A program made the position numbers and the translations under genes. Positions 33,161-46,258 of a stretch of 64,000 nt of DNA are shown piece after piece (positions within the stretch are counted from its first letter, which is position 1; every line of letters begins with the position of its first letter). The notes under the pieces were generated by a model. The model saw nothing but the letters and a program-made list of their open reading frames with translations, searched no databases and was not told the DNA's origin. The DNA is from Octopus vulgaris (Eukaryota), in assembly GCA_951406725.2 (NCBI GenBank), contig OX597836.1, forward strand, positions 28,892,001-28,956,000. Reading direction: 5' to 3'.

Positions 33161-33704
33161 TGTAGGTACACACATCAGTCACCTCAATACATAGACAGTA
33201 AACCATTTTGAACACAAGTGTGTGCTACATGTCATCTAAATATAATTTGGCTGAGAGACCCATAAACACGTTGGGATTCAAACAAACCTATCTAAGCATG
33301 AATCAAGCAATTATCTTAGTTAGTTTCATATTTAATTAGGACAACTAACTTCCTCTTGTTATCAGTTTGGGTTAGAGGTATACTGTACTTGATTACATAA
33401 TCTCTGCTTCCTCCTCCTCCACCTCCACCCTGGAAGCTGCAGGTTTTGATGACGATGCTGATAATTAGATATGACTGTGAATATATATATATATATATAT
33501 ATAGCATCTTATCACCACCCACACATAAGTACCCCCTTATACACACACACACACACACACACCACAGTCACCTACACGCATACAGGCACAGACACACATT
33601 TACTAAAACATATGTGAATACGTTCTCACATGGCATTGGTGGTGGGTTAAGGATTTGGGGTGCAGCAAGAAGAAAGAGTCATACATCTCTCTCTTTCTCT
33701 CTCT

Positions 33705-33744
<40 letters not shown>

Positions 33745-34295
33745 TTTGGAAACATGCCAATACTGAATTTCTTTTGCAAGATGCAAAACACTATCCTCCA
33801 TCATCATCATCACTACCACAGCCACAACCATCTTTATTACTTTGTTCGCAACTGTACTGATAGACACGTATACATACCTCCATCGCCACCATCACCACCA
33901 CCACCATCTTTACTGCCACCTGATGAAGCTGGAAGCTGACAGCTAACAACTTGCCTTTTACAGAGCAACAAGTTGTTGTTGAGGGTAGAGTAATGAGGGA
34001 TGATAGATTGGTAGAGAGGTCACTGAACAGGGTGGCTATATGGATGGATGGGTAGGTAGACACAAAGATAGCCGGATGGAAGCACAGACAGGTAGATAAA
34101 TTGATAGATGGATGGGTGGATAGAGGTGAACATGGACAAACAGATAAAGAGTTGGCTGAATATGAGGATAAATAGATGAATGGAAAAATAGAAAAGCTTA
34201 TACATTTGGCAGGTGGATAAACTTGACTGAAGAAAAAAAAAGAGATGGTTTCACTGTATGTGTGTATGTATGTATATGCATGGTAAAGACCCCCC

Positions 34296-34334
<39 letters not shown>

Positions 34335-34497
34335 GGATGAATGAATTATCCTTTGTTTACCGTTAACTTGGAAAATTCAATAAACAGTTACCAGGGTAGC
34401 AAAATTCACGCAAGTAACACGGATGAAGCGACCTATTCAAAGGTAGAAACTCCGGGTTAATGTGCAGTAATTTGTGTAGTATAAGTAAATACTCTTT

Positions 34498-34580
34498 CTT
34501 TCCTGATGAGAAGATTGCATTTTACACCGTTTATTCCTTTGGAATAAAACCAATGTTGTCTTCGAAACATATGTCGAAAG
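34498..34580 (+). ncRNA. Canonical type-I hammerhead ribozyme motif
   Basis: ctttc-CTGATGA-GAAGA...TCTTC-GAAAC-ATAT-GTC-gaaag; all core nucleotides intact; predicted cleavage after C34575. Confidence 0.85.
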
Positions 34581-34742
34581 TAAAAGAATTTTAATAACAT
34601 CTTCGTTCAACTCCATTTATTTACTTATATATATATATATATGGGGTAAAGCTCCCCCTTTGGTCATGAATGACCATGGGATTGCTCCTACAAAGTTCCC
34701 TGACACTCTAACCACTGAGCCATGTGCCTTCACTTCACAGAA

Positions 34743-34826
34743 ATCAGGATGGCCAAGCAGTCTAAGATGCTGCATTCAGGCCGCAGCTGGGTCTTCTCGG
34801 CTTGGGTTCAAATCCCACTCCTGACA
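34743..34826 (+). pseudogene. tRNA-Leu(CAG) pseudogene
   Basis: ATCAGGATGGCCAAGCAGTCTAAGATGCTGCATTCAGGCCGCAG...TGGGTTCAAATCCCACTCCTGACA follows the eukaryotic Leu-CAG pattern with a long variable arm; differences are mostly CpG to TpG/CpA, plus G1A. Confidence 0.85.
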
Positions 34827-34837
34827 AACAGTGATGT

Positions 34838-34886
<49 letters not shown>

Positions 34887-34933
34887 TGTACTTGCATGAA
34901 CTAACTGTTACTTTCTCAGATGCAGCACGAAGT

Positions 34934-34984
34934 TTTGTCAGTGAACAGGTCGCGGTCTCAAAGCGACGAAAATATTTTGACAAA
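34934..34984 (+). ncRNA. Type-I hammerhead-like motif with G3-C8 swap
   Basis: tttgtca-GTGAACA-G-GTCGC-ggtctcaaa-GCGAC-GAAA-ATAT-TT-tgacaaa. Confidence 0.6.
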
Positions 34985-36250
34985 TTTAAATGTTGAAGTG
35001 AATCTAACGGTCTTTGTGTGTTTCTTAAATGTCTTATAAACACCTTCCATGCTGCAATTATATATATATGTATAGATAGATAGATAGATATGTGTGAGTG
35101 GACAATTGAAAGAAAGAGGCACTCAGCATATTTGGTAGGAGTTACATATATCATTATTTAAAACTGTTTGATTCAGCCCCATCTTAAACATTTGTAGGCC
35201 CATCAGAAGAATTGATCTCATCAGGCTGAGGGGCTTAAGCTTGGCAAGCAAGGTTCATGTGACAGGCCTATAAATCTTTAAGTTCCATGGGGCCAAATCA
35301 AGTTGCTTTTAAATGGTATATTTGTGGGGGGGGGAAGCACATTTATGTGATTACAGTAAAGTTTGCTTCCCAACCATGTAATCTTGGTTTCAGTCCCATT
35401 ACAAGGTACCTTGGGCAAGTGTTGTCTTCTGCTATATCTTCAGGACAACCAAAGCCATGTGGGTGGATTTGGTAGATAGAAACCAAAAGAAGCCCAATGT
35501 GTATGTGTGTGCGTGTGTGTGTGTGTGTGTGTGTATGTATATATATATATGTGTGTGTGTGTATATATATATATGCGTGTGTATATATGTATATATATAT
35601 ATATATATGTGCGTGTGTGTGCTTGTGTATATATGTATATATATATGTGTGTGTGTATATATATATGTGTGTATATGTGTGTGTGTGTATGTATGTATAT
35701 ATGTGTGTGTGTGTATGTATGTATATATATATATGTGTGTATATGTGTGTGTGTGTATATATATATGTGTGTATATGTGTGTGTGTGTATATATATATAT
35801 GTGTGTATATATGCGTGTGTGTGCGTGGGTATATATGTATATATATAATACTGTTTTTATCAAATTTGTGTTTGCTGAGTTAGGTCTTGGCTGCCTATGC
35901 ATGTGAAAACTGGACCCAGCAAACCCTGTGGAAGAAACCTTCATGGTTCAACAGAGGGGAAAGTGGCTGTTGCAATGCATTGTGGAGTGCAGAGAGCAAG
36001 ATGAGGCAAGTAAGGCATCTGGGTTGTCCACTGCATCCGTCTCCATCGCCAGTCAGGGCACCCGTGTTGGTGTCACGTAACAAGCACCACCAATGCTGGT
36101 GCCATGTAAAAAGTATCCAGTACACTCTGTAAAATGGAAACCTTGCCAAAACAGATAATTGGAACCTGGAGTAGTTCTCCGATTCACAACACCTGTCAAA
36201 CCATCCAACCCATGCCAGCATGGCATGGAAAATGGATGTTAGATGATGAT

Positions 36251-36302
<52 letters not shown>

Positions 36303-36344
36303 CAATAATAATTCTCTAAACGAGATATAGACAGTAACTGCTCC

Positions 36345-36489
36345 ATAACATAAGGGACATTAGCCATCTGAATGTGGCTAGGGACAGGGCAGGGCGGTGG
36401 GGGTGTTACTGTGGGGCTAAATGCATCAGTAACACCCCCACCGCCCTGCCCTGTCCCTAGCCACATTCGGATGGCTAACATCCCTTATG

Positions 36490-36493
<4 letters not shown>
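36345..36493. repeat. Long inverted repeat (67-bp arms, 15-nt spacer), MITE-like
   Basis: 36345-36411 is the reverse complement of 36427-36493 with 3 mismatches; lies between (TA)n tracts. Confidence 0.9.
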
Positions 36494-36530
<37 letters not shown>

Positions 36531-37229
36531 CAAAATAAGCAACAAGGATTGTATGGATAATACTGTACTAAATTCTCGTGCCTCAACTTAAGTACCATAT
36601 TCATCTGAATCTAAATTTTTGCTGAACTCATATATATAAATATAGGAAGAATTCACAAAAAAAAAACAAAAGATGAAGACAGGTGGTGTAGACAACAAAG
36701 AGATGTATTAGTATAATGCTCAGGAAGTGAAAAAGTCTTTCATGTTTTGAGCCTACACTCTTCTACAGAAAGGAAGACAGGGAGAGAAAATAAAGAATGT
36801 GTATCGGCTAGCGATCTATCATGGCGAATGCCGGACAGAAAGGTCACAGGAGAGCTAGGGAGAAGGGGAGATAATAAAGTAGTGGTGATCTCAAAATGAA
36901 GGTGCGTGTGCGGGTGTATAAGAGAGTTTGTATGTGCGTGTGGAAGAGGGCTGGTGATCTTGACGTGTGTGTATGTGTAGGTGTGAAAATGTGGGTTTGG
37001 GAAGTGGTGAGTGCTAATGTGTACGTGGTGGTATGTTGTGATGTGACATGTGTGGTATGGTGGTGTAGTGGTGTGGTGTGATGGTGTTGGGAGGTGGGGA
37101 AAGCAAGGGTGGGATGTGGGTTAGGCTGAGGGTGAGAGTAGGGGTGGGGTGGGTGAGTGATATGGGGAAGGTGGGGGTGGAATGTGAAGGGGTAGGTGGG
37201 CTTACGAGTAAGGGGTGACGATGAAGAGG

Positions 37230-37433
37230 GAGTGGCTGTGTGGTAAAAAGCTTGCTTCCCATTGACATGGATCGAGGTTCAATCTCACTGCATGGTATCT
37301 TGAGCAAATCCACTCATAAGGGCTTTGGTTGACACGAGGCTATCGTAGGAGACACTTGCTCAAGATACCATGCAGTGAGATTGAACCTAGATCCATGTCA
37401 ATGGGAAGCAAGCTTCTTACCACACAGCCACTC
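37230..37433. repeat. Fold-back inverted duplication of a SINE head (78-bp arms)
   Basis: 37230-37307 is the reverse complement of 37356-37433 with 2 mismatches. Confidence 0.9.
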
Positions 37434-38530
37434 TTGACATATATATATGTGTGTGAATGTCATTCATTTCTAATATTCTGCAAGAATATGCAAGTATGGA
37501 AAAGTGGACTATAAAATGATGATGGTGATGATGATGGCGACTGTCCTCCTCCCAGCCATCCAGGAGGGCTCTATGAATAAACAAATGACTCAGACTGTAT
37601 CAGCCTGTTTAACCCATGTTAACAATGGAAAGTGAAGATGAAATAATAGAGGGGAGCGGGGAGGGGCATATTCTTTTATTCTCTTATTTGTTTTAGTCAT
37701 TCGACTGTGGCCATGCTGGAGCACCGCCTTTAGTCGAACAACTCGACCGTGGCACTCATTCTTTGTAAGCCTAGTTCTTATTCTGTTGGTCTCTTTTGCT
37801 GAACTGACACACAACACCAGTTGTCAAGCAGTGATGGATAGGCTCACAGACATACACACAAACACACACATATATATACATACGATGGGCTTCTTTCAGT
37901 TTCCATCTACCATATCTACTCATAAGGCTTTGGTCAGCCTGAGGCTATAGTAGAAGACACCTGCCCAAGGTGCCATGCAGTAGTACTGAACCAAGAACCG
38001 TGTGGTGGGAAGCAAGGTTTTTACCACACAGCCACGCCTGCACGTATATATATATATATATGAATACATACACACACACACACACATATATATACACACA
38101 CACACACACACTGACATGTATATGTAATGGTGTGTGTATGTAAGCCTCTTCTCTATCTTAACTTGTCATTGTTCTCTATGGCTCCAACACCATTCTGCTC
38201 AACCACTGATGGTATTATTAATAAAACTGCTCATCCTACTGACGTGAGCAACAACAACAACCACAAACAACACCCACTACCACCGATAACAACAGCAACA
38301 ACAACTAACATCTGCTAACCATCCAGTATCAACAACAACAACAAACATGCAACTCTCCACCCTCGCTACCACTCCCCTCTCCTCCTCCTCCTGCTCCCGC
38401 CCCATCACCTCCACCCACCCCTCCACACACACACACACATCTAGTTTCTGTAAAAGCTCACTGACAGTAATCTACCAATTCCATTACTGTCAGAGCTTCT
38501 ATTGCCAAACAGTGTGTGTGTGTGTGTGTG

Positions 38531-38571
<41 letters not shown>

Positions 38572-38596
38572 GAGAGAGGGAGAGAAAGGAAGTGTT

Positions 38597-38629
<33 letters not shown>

Positions 38630-39299
38630 CTGTCAGTGTGACTATATGTGCGAGTTTTTAAGTCTGCCTCTGTTTGTGCATGTGTGTGTGTGTGTGTGTG
38701 TGCGCGTTTCTCTTTATCTCAGTATGCGTTTGTTGTTTGGCTGCATGTTTGATCCAACCCACATGTACGCATACACACACACACTCGCTCGCATATACAC
38801 ATACATGCATTATTCTAACCACGTGTGTGTGTCTGTGTCTGTGTGTCCGCACGCATGTGTATGAGTGAATGTGTGTGAGCAATAGAGAGGTGTGTGGAAG
38901 GGTGTGGTGAGAGGATAATTGAAGACAGATAACAGAGATAAGGGTGGGGGTGGAGAATTAAGCAGAATTAGCCTCCCCCCTCCCTGACTTCCTCTCGCAC
39001 ATACTCACACATCCTCTCCCCCCTCGTCTCCCTCCCCTCCCCCACTCTTTCTCTCTCCTTCACTGTCATTCCTGGGAGGACAGCTCTGTTACTGTACAGG
39101 CAGCTGGTTGTCTCACCCATCCTGCCTCGCTTCTCCCCACATCACAGACATATATGTACAAACATAACTTGTAAATAGATAGATGGCTAGATACACACAT
39201 AATTCAGTATGTGTGTGTGTGTGTAATATGTATGTGTGTATATGTGTGTATGTATGTGTATATATATATATATATGTATACATGTGTTTATTATATATA

Positions 39300-39337
<38 letters not shown>

Positions 39338-39371
39338 CAAACACACGTGTTTGTGTAAATATGTCTGTGAA

Positions 39372-39421
<50 letters not shown>

Positions 39422-39589
39422 CATACATGCACACACATATGTATATGTGTGTGTGTGTGCCTATGTGTACATATATTTACATATATGTATGTGTGTGTAT
39501 ACTCATATATATATATATATATATATCTGTTTGTGTGTGTGTATATATATATATATATATCTGTTCATATAAGTGTTTGTGTGTGTGTG

Positions 39590-39646
<57 letters not shown>

Positions 39647-40383
39647 TCACACATGCATTCATACACACACCTTAAATAAACTCTGTCCAACCCATGCCAG
39701 CATAGAAAAGTAGACTTTAAATGATGATGATAGATGGATCGATGAATGGATGGATGTGTTTACAGGGAAGAGAGAAGGTAGGAGGAATGTGACATAACCA
39801 GTCATGTCTTTGTATTGGTTGATTAGTTGAGAAGTTTTCTTCACAACCATAAGGCTATAGTTTCAATCCTACCACGTGGCATCTCAGCGGTGTATATTTT
39901 AACATAGCATCAGGTCGTTCCAAGCATTTTGAGAGTGAAACTTGATAGATGTATGAGCATTGAGAAACTCATAAAATGGATTGTTCTTTTAATTCAGAGG
40001 CCTGGCGTTATGCTGATTCTATTAGAGAATTGCATTAAAGGTATTGGGTCTAAGGAATACACAGCCAGATTGCATGCTAATTCTATGAGCAGATAATCCA
40101 GCTAATCTGGAAGCTCATTTATTGGTAACAGAGGCCATCATATGTGTGTGTGTGTTTAGTGTATGTGTCTGTGTGAGTGTATAGTGTATATATGTGTGTA
40201 TATAGTATATGTGTATATATATATATATATATATGTGTGTGTATATATATATATATATGTGTGTGTGTGTATATATATATATATGTGTGTGTGTATATAT
40301 ATATATATGTGTGTGTATATATATAATAGTGTATGTGTCTGTGTGAGTGTATAGTGTATATATGTGTGTATATAGTATATGTG

Positions 40384-40414
<31 letters not shown>

Positions 40415-40685
40415 ATATATATATATGTGTGTGTGTGTATATATATATATGTATGTGTGTGTGTATATATATATATGTGTGTGTGTATGTATGCATGTAG
40501 GTATAATGTGTGTGTGTGTGTATATAATAAGCGCAGGAGTGGCTGTGTGGTAAGGAGTTTGCTTCCCAACCATATGGCTCCAGGTTCAGTCCCACTGTGT
40601 GGCACCTTGAGCAAGTGTCTTCTACTATAGCCTCAGGCCGACCAAAGGCAGTGGATTTGGTTGACGGAAACTGAAAGAAGCCTGT

Positions 40686-40736
<51 letters not shown>

Positions 40737-41081
40737 GTGTGTGTCTGTGTTTGTTACCCACCATCGCTTGTCAACCGATGTTGGTGTGTTTACATCCCTG
40801 TAACTTAGTGGTTTGGTGAAAGACTGATAGAATAAGTACTAGGCTTAGAAAGAATAAAGCTGGCGTCAATTTGTTCGACTAAAGGTGGTGCTCCAGCATG
40901 GCCACAGTCAAACGACTGAAACAAAATAATATAAAAATAAAAGTAGCTTGCTAACCAACCACATGGTTCCGGGTTCAGTCCCACTGCGTGGCATCTTGGG
41001 CAAGTGTCTTCTGCTATAGCCCCGGGCCGACCAATGCCTTGTGAGTGGGTTTGGTAGATGGAAACTGAAAGAAGCCTGTCG

Positions 41082-41116
<35 letters not shown>

Positions 41117-41277
41117 TTGTGTGTCTGTGTTTGTTCCCCTAGCATTGCTTGACAACCAATGCTGGTGTGTTTACGTTCCTGTCACTTAGCAGTTCGGCAA
41201 AAAGAGACCGATAGAATAAGTACTGGGCTTACAAAGAATAAGTCCCGGGTCGAGTTGCTCGATTAAAGGTGTGTGTG

Positions 41278-41318
<41 letters not shown>

Positions 41319-41857
41319 GTAAAAATGGTAAGATAACAAAAGAAAGAAAGAGACCTCAATATTATGTAAATAGAGGAATTTATCTGTAAAATAATATGTG
41401 ACAATTATTTGGTAGCCAAGATAAAACTCTGAGTTTCGGATGCCGAGGTGGAAATCCACCCCACCATATATCTATCTGTCTATCTTCGGTTGTCTGGCCA
41501 CGTGGTGCAGTTGTGACTAGTTTAGGAAGCTTCACAACCACATAGTTCCAGGTTCTATGAAATGGCATTTTTGGCAAGTGTTTCCAATTATAGCTCCAGT
41601 GTGACCATGCCTTCTGAATGGAATTGGTAAACAGAAAATATGAGAAAGCCTGTTATGTGTGTTTTGTGTGTGTGTGTGTGTGTGTGTGCGCATCTTTGTT
41701 TACATTCCATAACTTAGCAGCTGCACGTAGAGGTATTGGTAAACAACAGGCTTACAAAGCATTCAGAAAAGCACAACTGCTGGCACCAGAATGGTGCTCC
41801 AGCATGGGCTGCTGTCTAATGACTAAACCACCAATAAAATGAGAAAGAGAGATGTTT

Positions 41858-42420
41858 TGTGTGTGTGTGTGTGCACATGTACATGTATGAGTGTGTACCC
41901 GTGTGTGTGTATGCACAAGTACATGTATGAGTGTGTACCCGTGTGTGTGTGTGTGTGTGTGTGCACTTGTACATGTATGAGTGTGTACCCGTGTGTGTGT
42001 GTGTGTGTGTGCACTTGTACATGTATGAGTGTGTACCCATGTGTGTGCACATGTACATGTATGAGTGTGTACCTGTGTGTGTGCACATGTACATGTATGA
42101 GTGTGTACCCGTGTGTGTGTGTGTGTGCACATGTACATGTATGAGTGTGTACCCGCGTGTGTGTATGCACATGTACATGTATGAGTGTGTACCCGTGTGT
42201 GTGTGTGTGTGTGTGTGCACTTGTACATGTATGAGTATGTACCCATGTGTGTGCACATGTACATGTATGAGTGTGTACCCGTGTGTGTGTGTGTGTGTGT
42301 GTGTGCACTTGTACATGTATGAGTGTGTACCCGTGTGTGTGTGTGTGTGTGTGTGTGCACTTGTACATGTATGAGTGTGTACCCGTGTGTGTGTGTGTGT
42401 CTGTATACTTACATGTGCAC
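41858..42420. repeat. Minisatellite: 12 copies of a ~28-bp core separated by variable (GT)n
   Basis: Core gcac(a/t)tgtacatgtatgagtgtgtaccc. Confidence 0.9.
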
Positions 42421-42538
42421 AGCATGAATGTCAAAGCATCTCTCCAAATTACTCCATCAGCCTCTACCACCACCACCACCACCACTACCACCACAATCAT
42501 CCCACTGCCACCCTCTTATATTCTGCAGCCTGATTATT

Positions 42539-42570
<32 letters not shown>

Positions 42571-43692
42571 CAAACACACACACAAAACACTCTCTTCCTC
42601 CCCCTCCTATAACTCTACTCCTCCTCCTCCTCCTCCTTCCTTCCTCCCTCTGCCTCCCCTTCCTCTTCTTTCATCCAATCCAATGACTGTCTCATTCCAA
42701 CAGGCTAGATCATAGGATCTAATCACACTGTCTCCATCTGTCACAGTCCAATAGCCAGCTACCGCTGCTGCTGTTGACTGACTGACTACCACCACCACCA
42801 CTACCACTACTACTACTACTATTACTACCACTACTACTACTAGCAGTGTGAGTATATGAGCTGCTGCTGCTGCTTTCATAGTATTAAAACAACTACCACA
42901 ACAACTGTTTCTATTATTAATAATATCCCACTACCACCACTACTACTACTACTACTACCACTACTACTACTAGCAGTGTGAGTATATGAGCTGCTGCTGC
43001 TGCTTTCATAGTATTAAAACAACTCACCACAACAACTGTTTCTATTATTAATAATATCACCACCACCACCACCACTACTACTACTACACCTACAGTAGTA
43101 GTAGCAGCAACAGTAATATTACTATTGCCTATCTCTCTACTACTACTACTACTATTACTACTGACTGTCTATCTATCTGTCATGGATATCTCTCTAGCTA
43201 TCTGCTGCCTGTCTGCTATCTATCTAGGGTCTATCTATCTATCTATCTACTACTACCACCACCACCACTACTACTACTACTACTATTACAAATGTCAATA
43301 ATCAACAACTATCTATCTATCTATCTATCTATCTCTCTGTCTATCTATCTATCTATCTACCTATCTGTCTGTCTATCTCTCTATCTGTCTGTCTATCTAT
43401 CTATCTATCTATCTATATATCTATCTGTCTGTCTATCCATCCTTCTATATATCTGTCTATCTATCTCTCTGTCTGTCTGTCTATCTATCTATATATATAT
43501 CTATCTGTCTATATGTACATGTGTGCATGTGTGTGTACACATGTATATATATACATACATACATATATATCAAATATATATATGTCCATCTATATTCCTT
43601 ACATATATGTTTATATATCTATCTATCTATCTATCTTTCTTTCAATCTAACTACCTTTTTTAGTTAAGTATAAGTATCTGTGTTTGTCTATA

Positions 43693-43750
<58 letters not shown>

Positions 43751-44971
43751 TGCATATGTTTATCAATGTATTTATACATCTGTCTATCAATGTCTTTTTG
43801 TTGGTAATGCCTTTGGGAAATACATTAATGTCACAACATCCCAATTATCTAAATGCCCTTCCTTGCAAAGCCCCCCCCCCCGAGACTTCTCACACTTCCT
43901 CTCACTTTCTACCTGAGTAAACAAAGTTCTTTGCTGCTGTTGTTGTTGTTGTTGTTCTTATTACATGTGTCAAATACTGTCGTGGATGTTGTTTAACCCC
44001 ACATCACTCTGATTGAGCTGGTCAGGGAGCAAAAGCTTTCCAACCTTGACTACCCTGTCTTTACTTATTTCCAAACAAAGTATCTAGAACTATATTATCT
44101 TGCGTGTCCTCTTCATGTTTTTCAAAACAGCAGAGTACAGTTTGAAGGAGATTTGGTTGCTATTTCTAGCATGTTGAGCAACCAAGTGGAGGCTTAATAT
44201 ACTGTTGTTATTATTGTTGTATAGCCCCTACATCATCTCTAGTTGATCACACTCATGCTACAGGGGCCCTGAATTATGTGATCCCTAAACCCATTGCATC
44301 ACATAACACATCACAATTCCACTGTGTACTCAGACATGCTATGTTGACGGTTGCTGTTTAACCCTAGGTCAGCTGCTATTAAACACCATTATGATCAAAC
44401 ATTCTGTGATCGTCTTGTTTTTTAAGGGTATCTTTTCTTTTTCACATCATTATCCAATGTACAATCTCCATGTTTAATACAGTAGGATGTGATTTGAGGA
44501 AGATTTGGCTGTTATTTTTAGCAGATTGAGTGAATGCATTGAGGGGTCCCATGCAGTATTTTATCACATGGGTTGCATGTGGTGTGGCTCAGGCAAGTTG
44601 CATTATCTCCGCAATCCATCGATTGTTGCTATTGTGTAGTCCCAAAACATAAAGGAGTTAAAACTTATAGGGAACTAGGCCCCATTTCTGTCATTATGCA
44701 AATAGTTTATATTGAACTAAGCCCCATTTCTGTCATTATATGAAAAGTTAATGGGTAGTGGCTCTTTCTGTGACCACCACATCTCCACATTTCAAGTAAA
44801 GGATCTTTTATTACGGAAGTCTTGAAGTGAACGGAATAACCAGTCACGTTGTCAATAAGTAACTTCAACCACCACAACTATTTCACTCAAGTGGTGACAA
44901 GTGCAGGACATCAACAGTTTTTGGAAATTTGCGCACACAAACACACATACATCATCATCATTATCATTTAA

Positions 44972-45192
44972 CCCTTTAGCATTTAAACCGGCCGCATCCG
45001 GCCAGAAGTATTCTGCCTGTTTTATGTTCAAACTGGCCAGATCTGGACTCTCACACCAACCCTACAATACCGTTTTAAAAATTAACAGCTATCTCATCAA
45101 AATCTCATAGCTACAAGATGATGCATGATTAATTCAAAACAATGTGGATAAAAAAGCATTAATTTTGGCAGAATAATGCGAATACTAAAGGG
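44972..45192. mobile_element. piggyBac-like MITE inserted at TTAA in a family C element tail
   Basis: TTAA-ccctttag...ctaaaggg-TTAA; splits catcattt-aatgtccat. Confidence 0.8.
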
Positions 45193-46207
45193 TTAATGTC
45201 CATTGTCCATACTGGCAAGGGTTGGATGGTTTGACCTGGGCTGGTGGTAAGCTGAGGGGCTGCGCCAGACTCCAGTCTGATTTGTCATGGTTTCTATGGC
45301 TTGATGCTTCCTAACGCCAACCACTCCAAGAGTGTAATGGGTGCTCTTACATGCCACTGGCACTCGTGCCAGTTGCATAACACCAGTGTCTGCCACAGCT
45401 ACAATTTCACTTGGTTTGATGGGTCTTCTACTCAAGCCTGGCATATTGCCGAAGGTCTTGGTCATTTGTCATTGCCTTCTTGTGACCCAAGGCTTGAAAG
45501 GTACTTTTTAAGTGCCACAGGCACGGATGCTAATATATATATGTGTATGTGTGTGTAACTATATATACATACATATATATAGATATGTATATTCTTTTAT
45601 TCTTTTACTTGTTTCAATCATTTGACTGTGGCCAGGCTGAAGCACCTGTATATATATGTATTTCCAAAGGTCCGTGGCATTTTTTTTTTTTTATAAATTG
45701 TTAATAACTCTGAAAAAAAATCCTTCTTTAAATATTGTAACAGAATCAAGTATTTTTTGTAAACACTTGGCATGGCTCTGTGGTAAGAAGGTCCCTTCCC
45801 AACCAGATGGCTCCGAGTTCAGTCCCACTGTGCAGCCCCTTGAGCAAGTACTTTTGACTGTAGACCCAGGCCAAGCAAAGCCTTGTGAGTAGATTAGCTG
45901 ATGAAAACTGAAAGAAGCCCATCATATATGTGTCTTTGTGTTTGTCCCCCCCCCCATCACTGCTTGACAACCAGTGTTGGTTTGTTTACATCCTCTGTAT
46001 CTTAGCAATTCAGCAAAAGAGAGATTATATAATAAGTACCAGGCTTTAAAAAAAAAAGTATAAATGTTAACTATATAACTGTGTGTGTGTGAATTTTAGT
46101 GTGTGTATATATCAGAGTGTAAAGGATGATAGCTACATAATTGTGTGTGTGTGAGTTTCTATAATTTATATATATGTGAATGTACATATATATATTTTAT
46201 ATATATC

Positions 46208-46258
<51 letters not shown>

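Noticed and set aside
33917-33950. Hammerhead candidate CTGATGA-AGCT-gga-AGCT
   Set aside because: It is followed by GACA rather than GAAA and has no stem I or stem III.
38454-38498. miR-8/miR-200 family precursor
   Set aside because: It has TTACTGTCAG but not the AATACTG seed, and the hairpin is short for a pre-miRNA.
41420-41465. Minus-strand CGAAACTCAGAGTT in a (TA)n-flanked element
   Set aside because: Only a possible 3' half is present with no CUGANGA core, so it was not counted.
41858-42420. CRISPR-like repeat-spacer appearance
   Set aside because: The spacers are only (GT)n, the context is eukaryotic and there are no cas genes.
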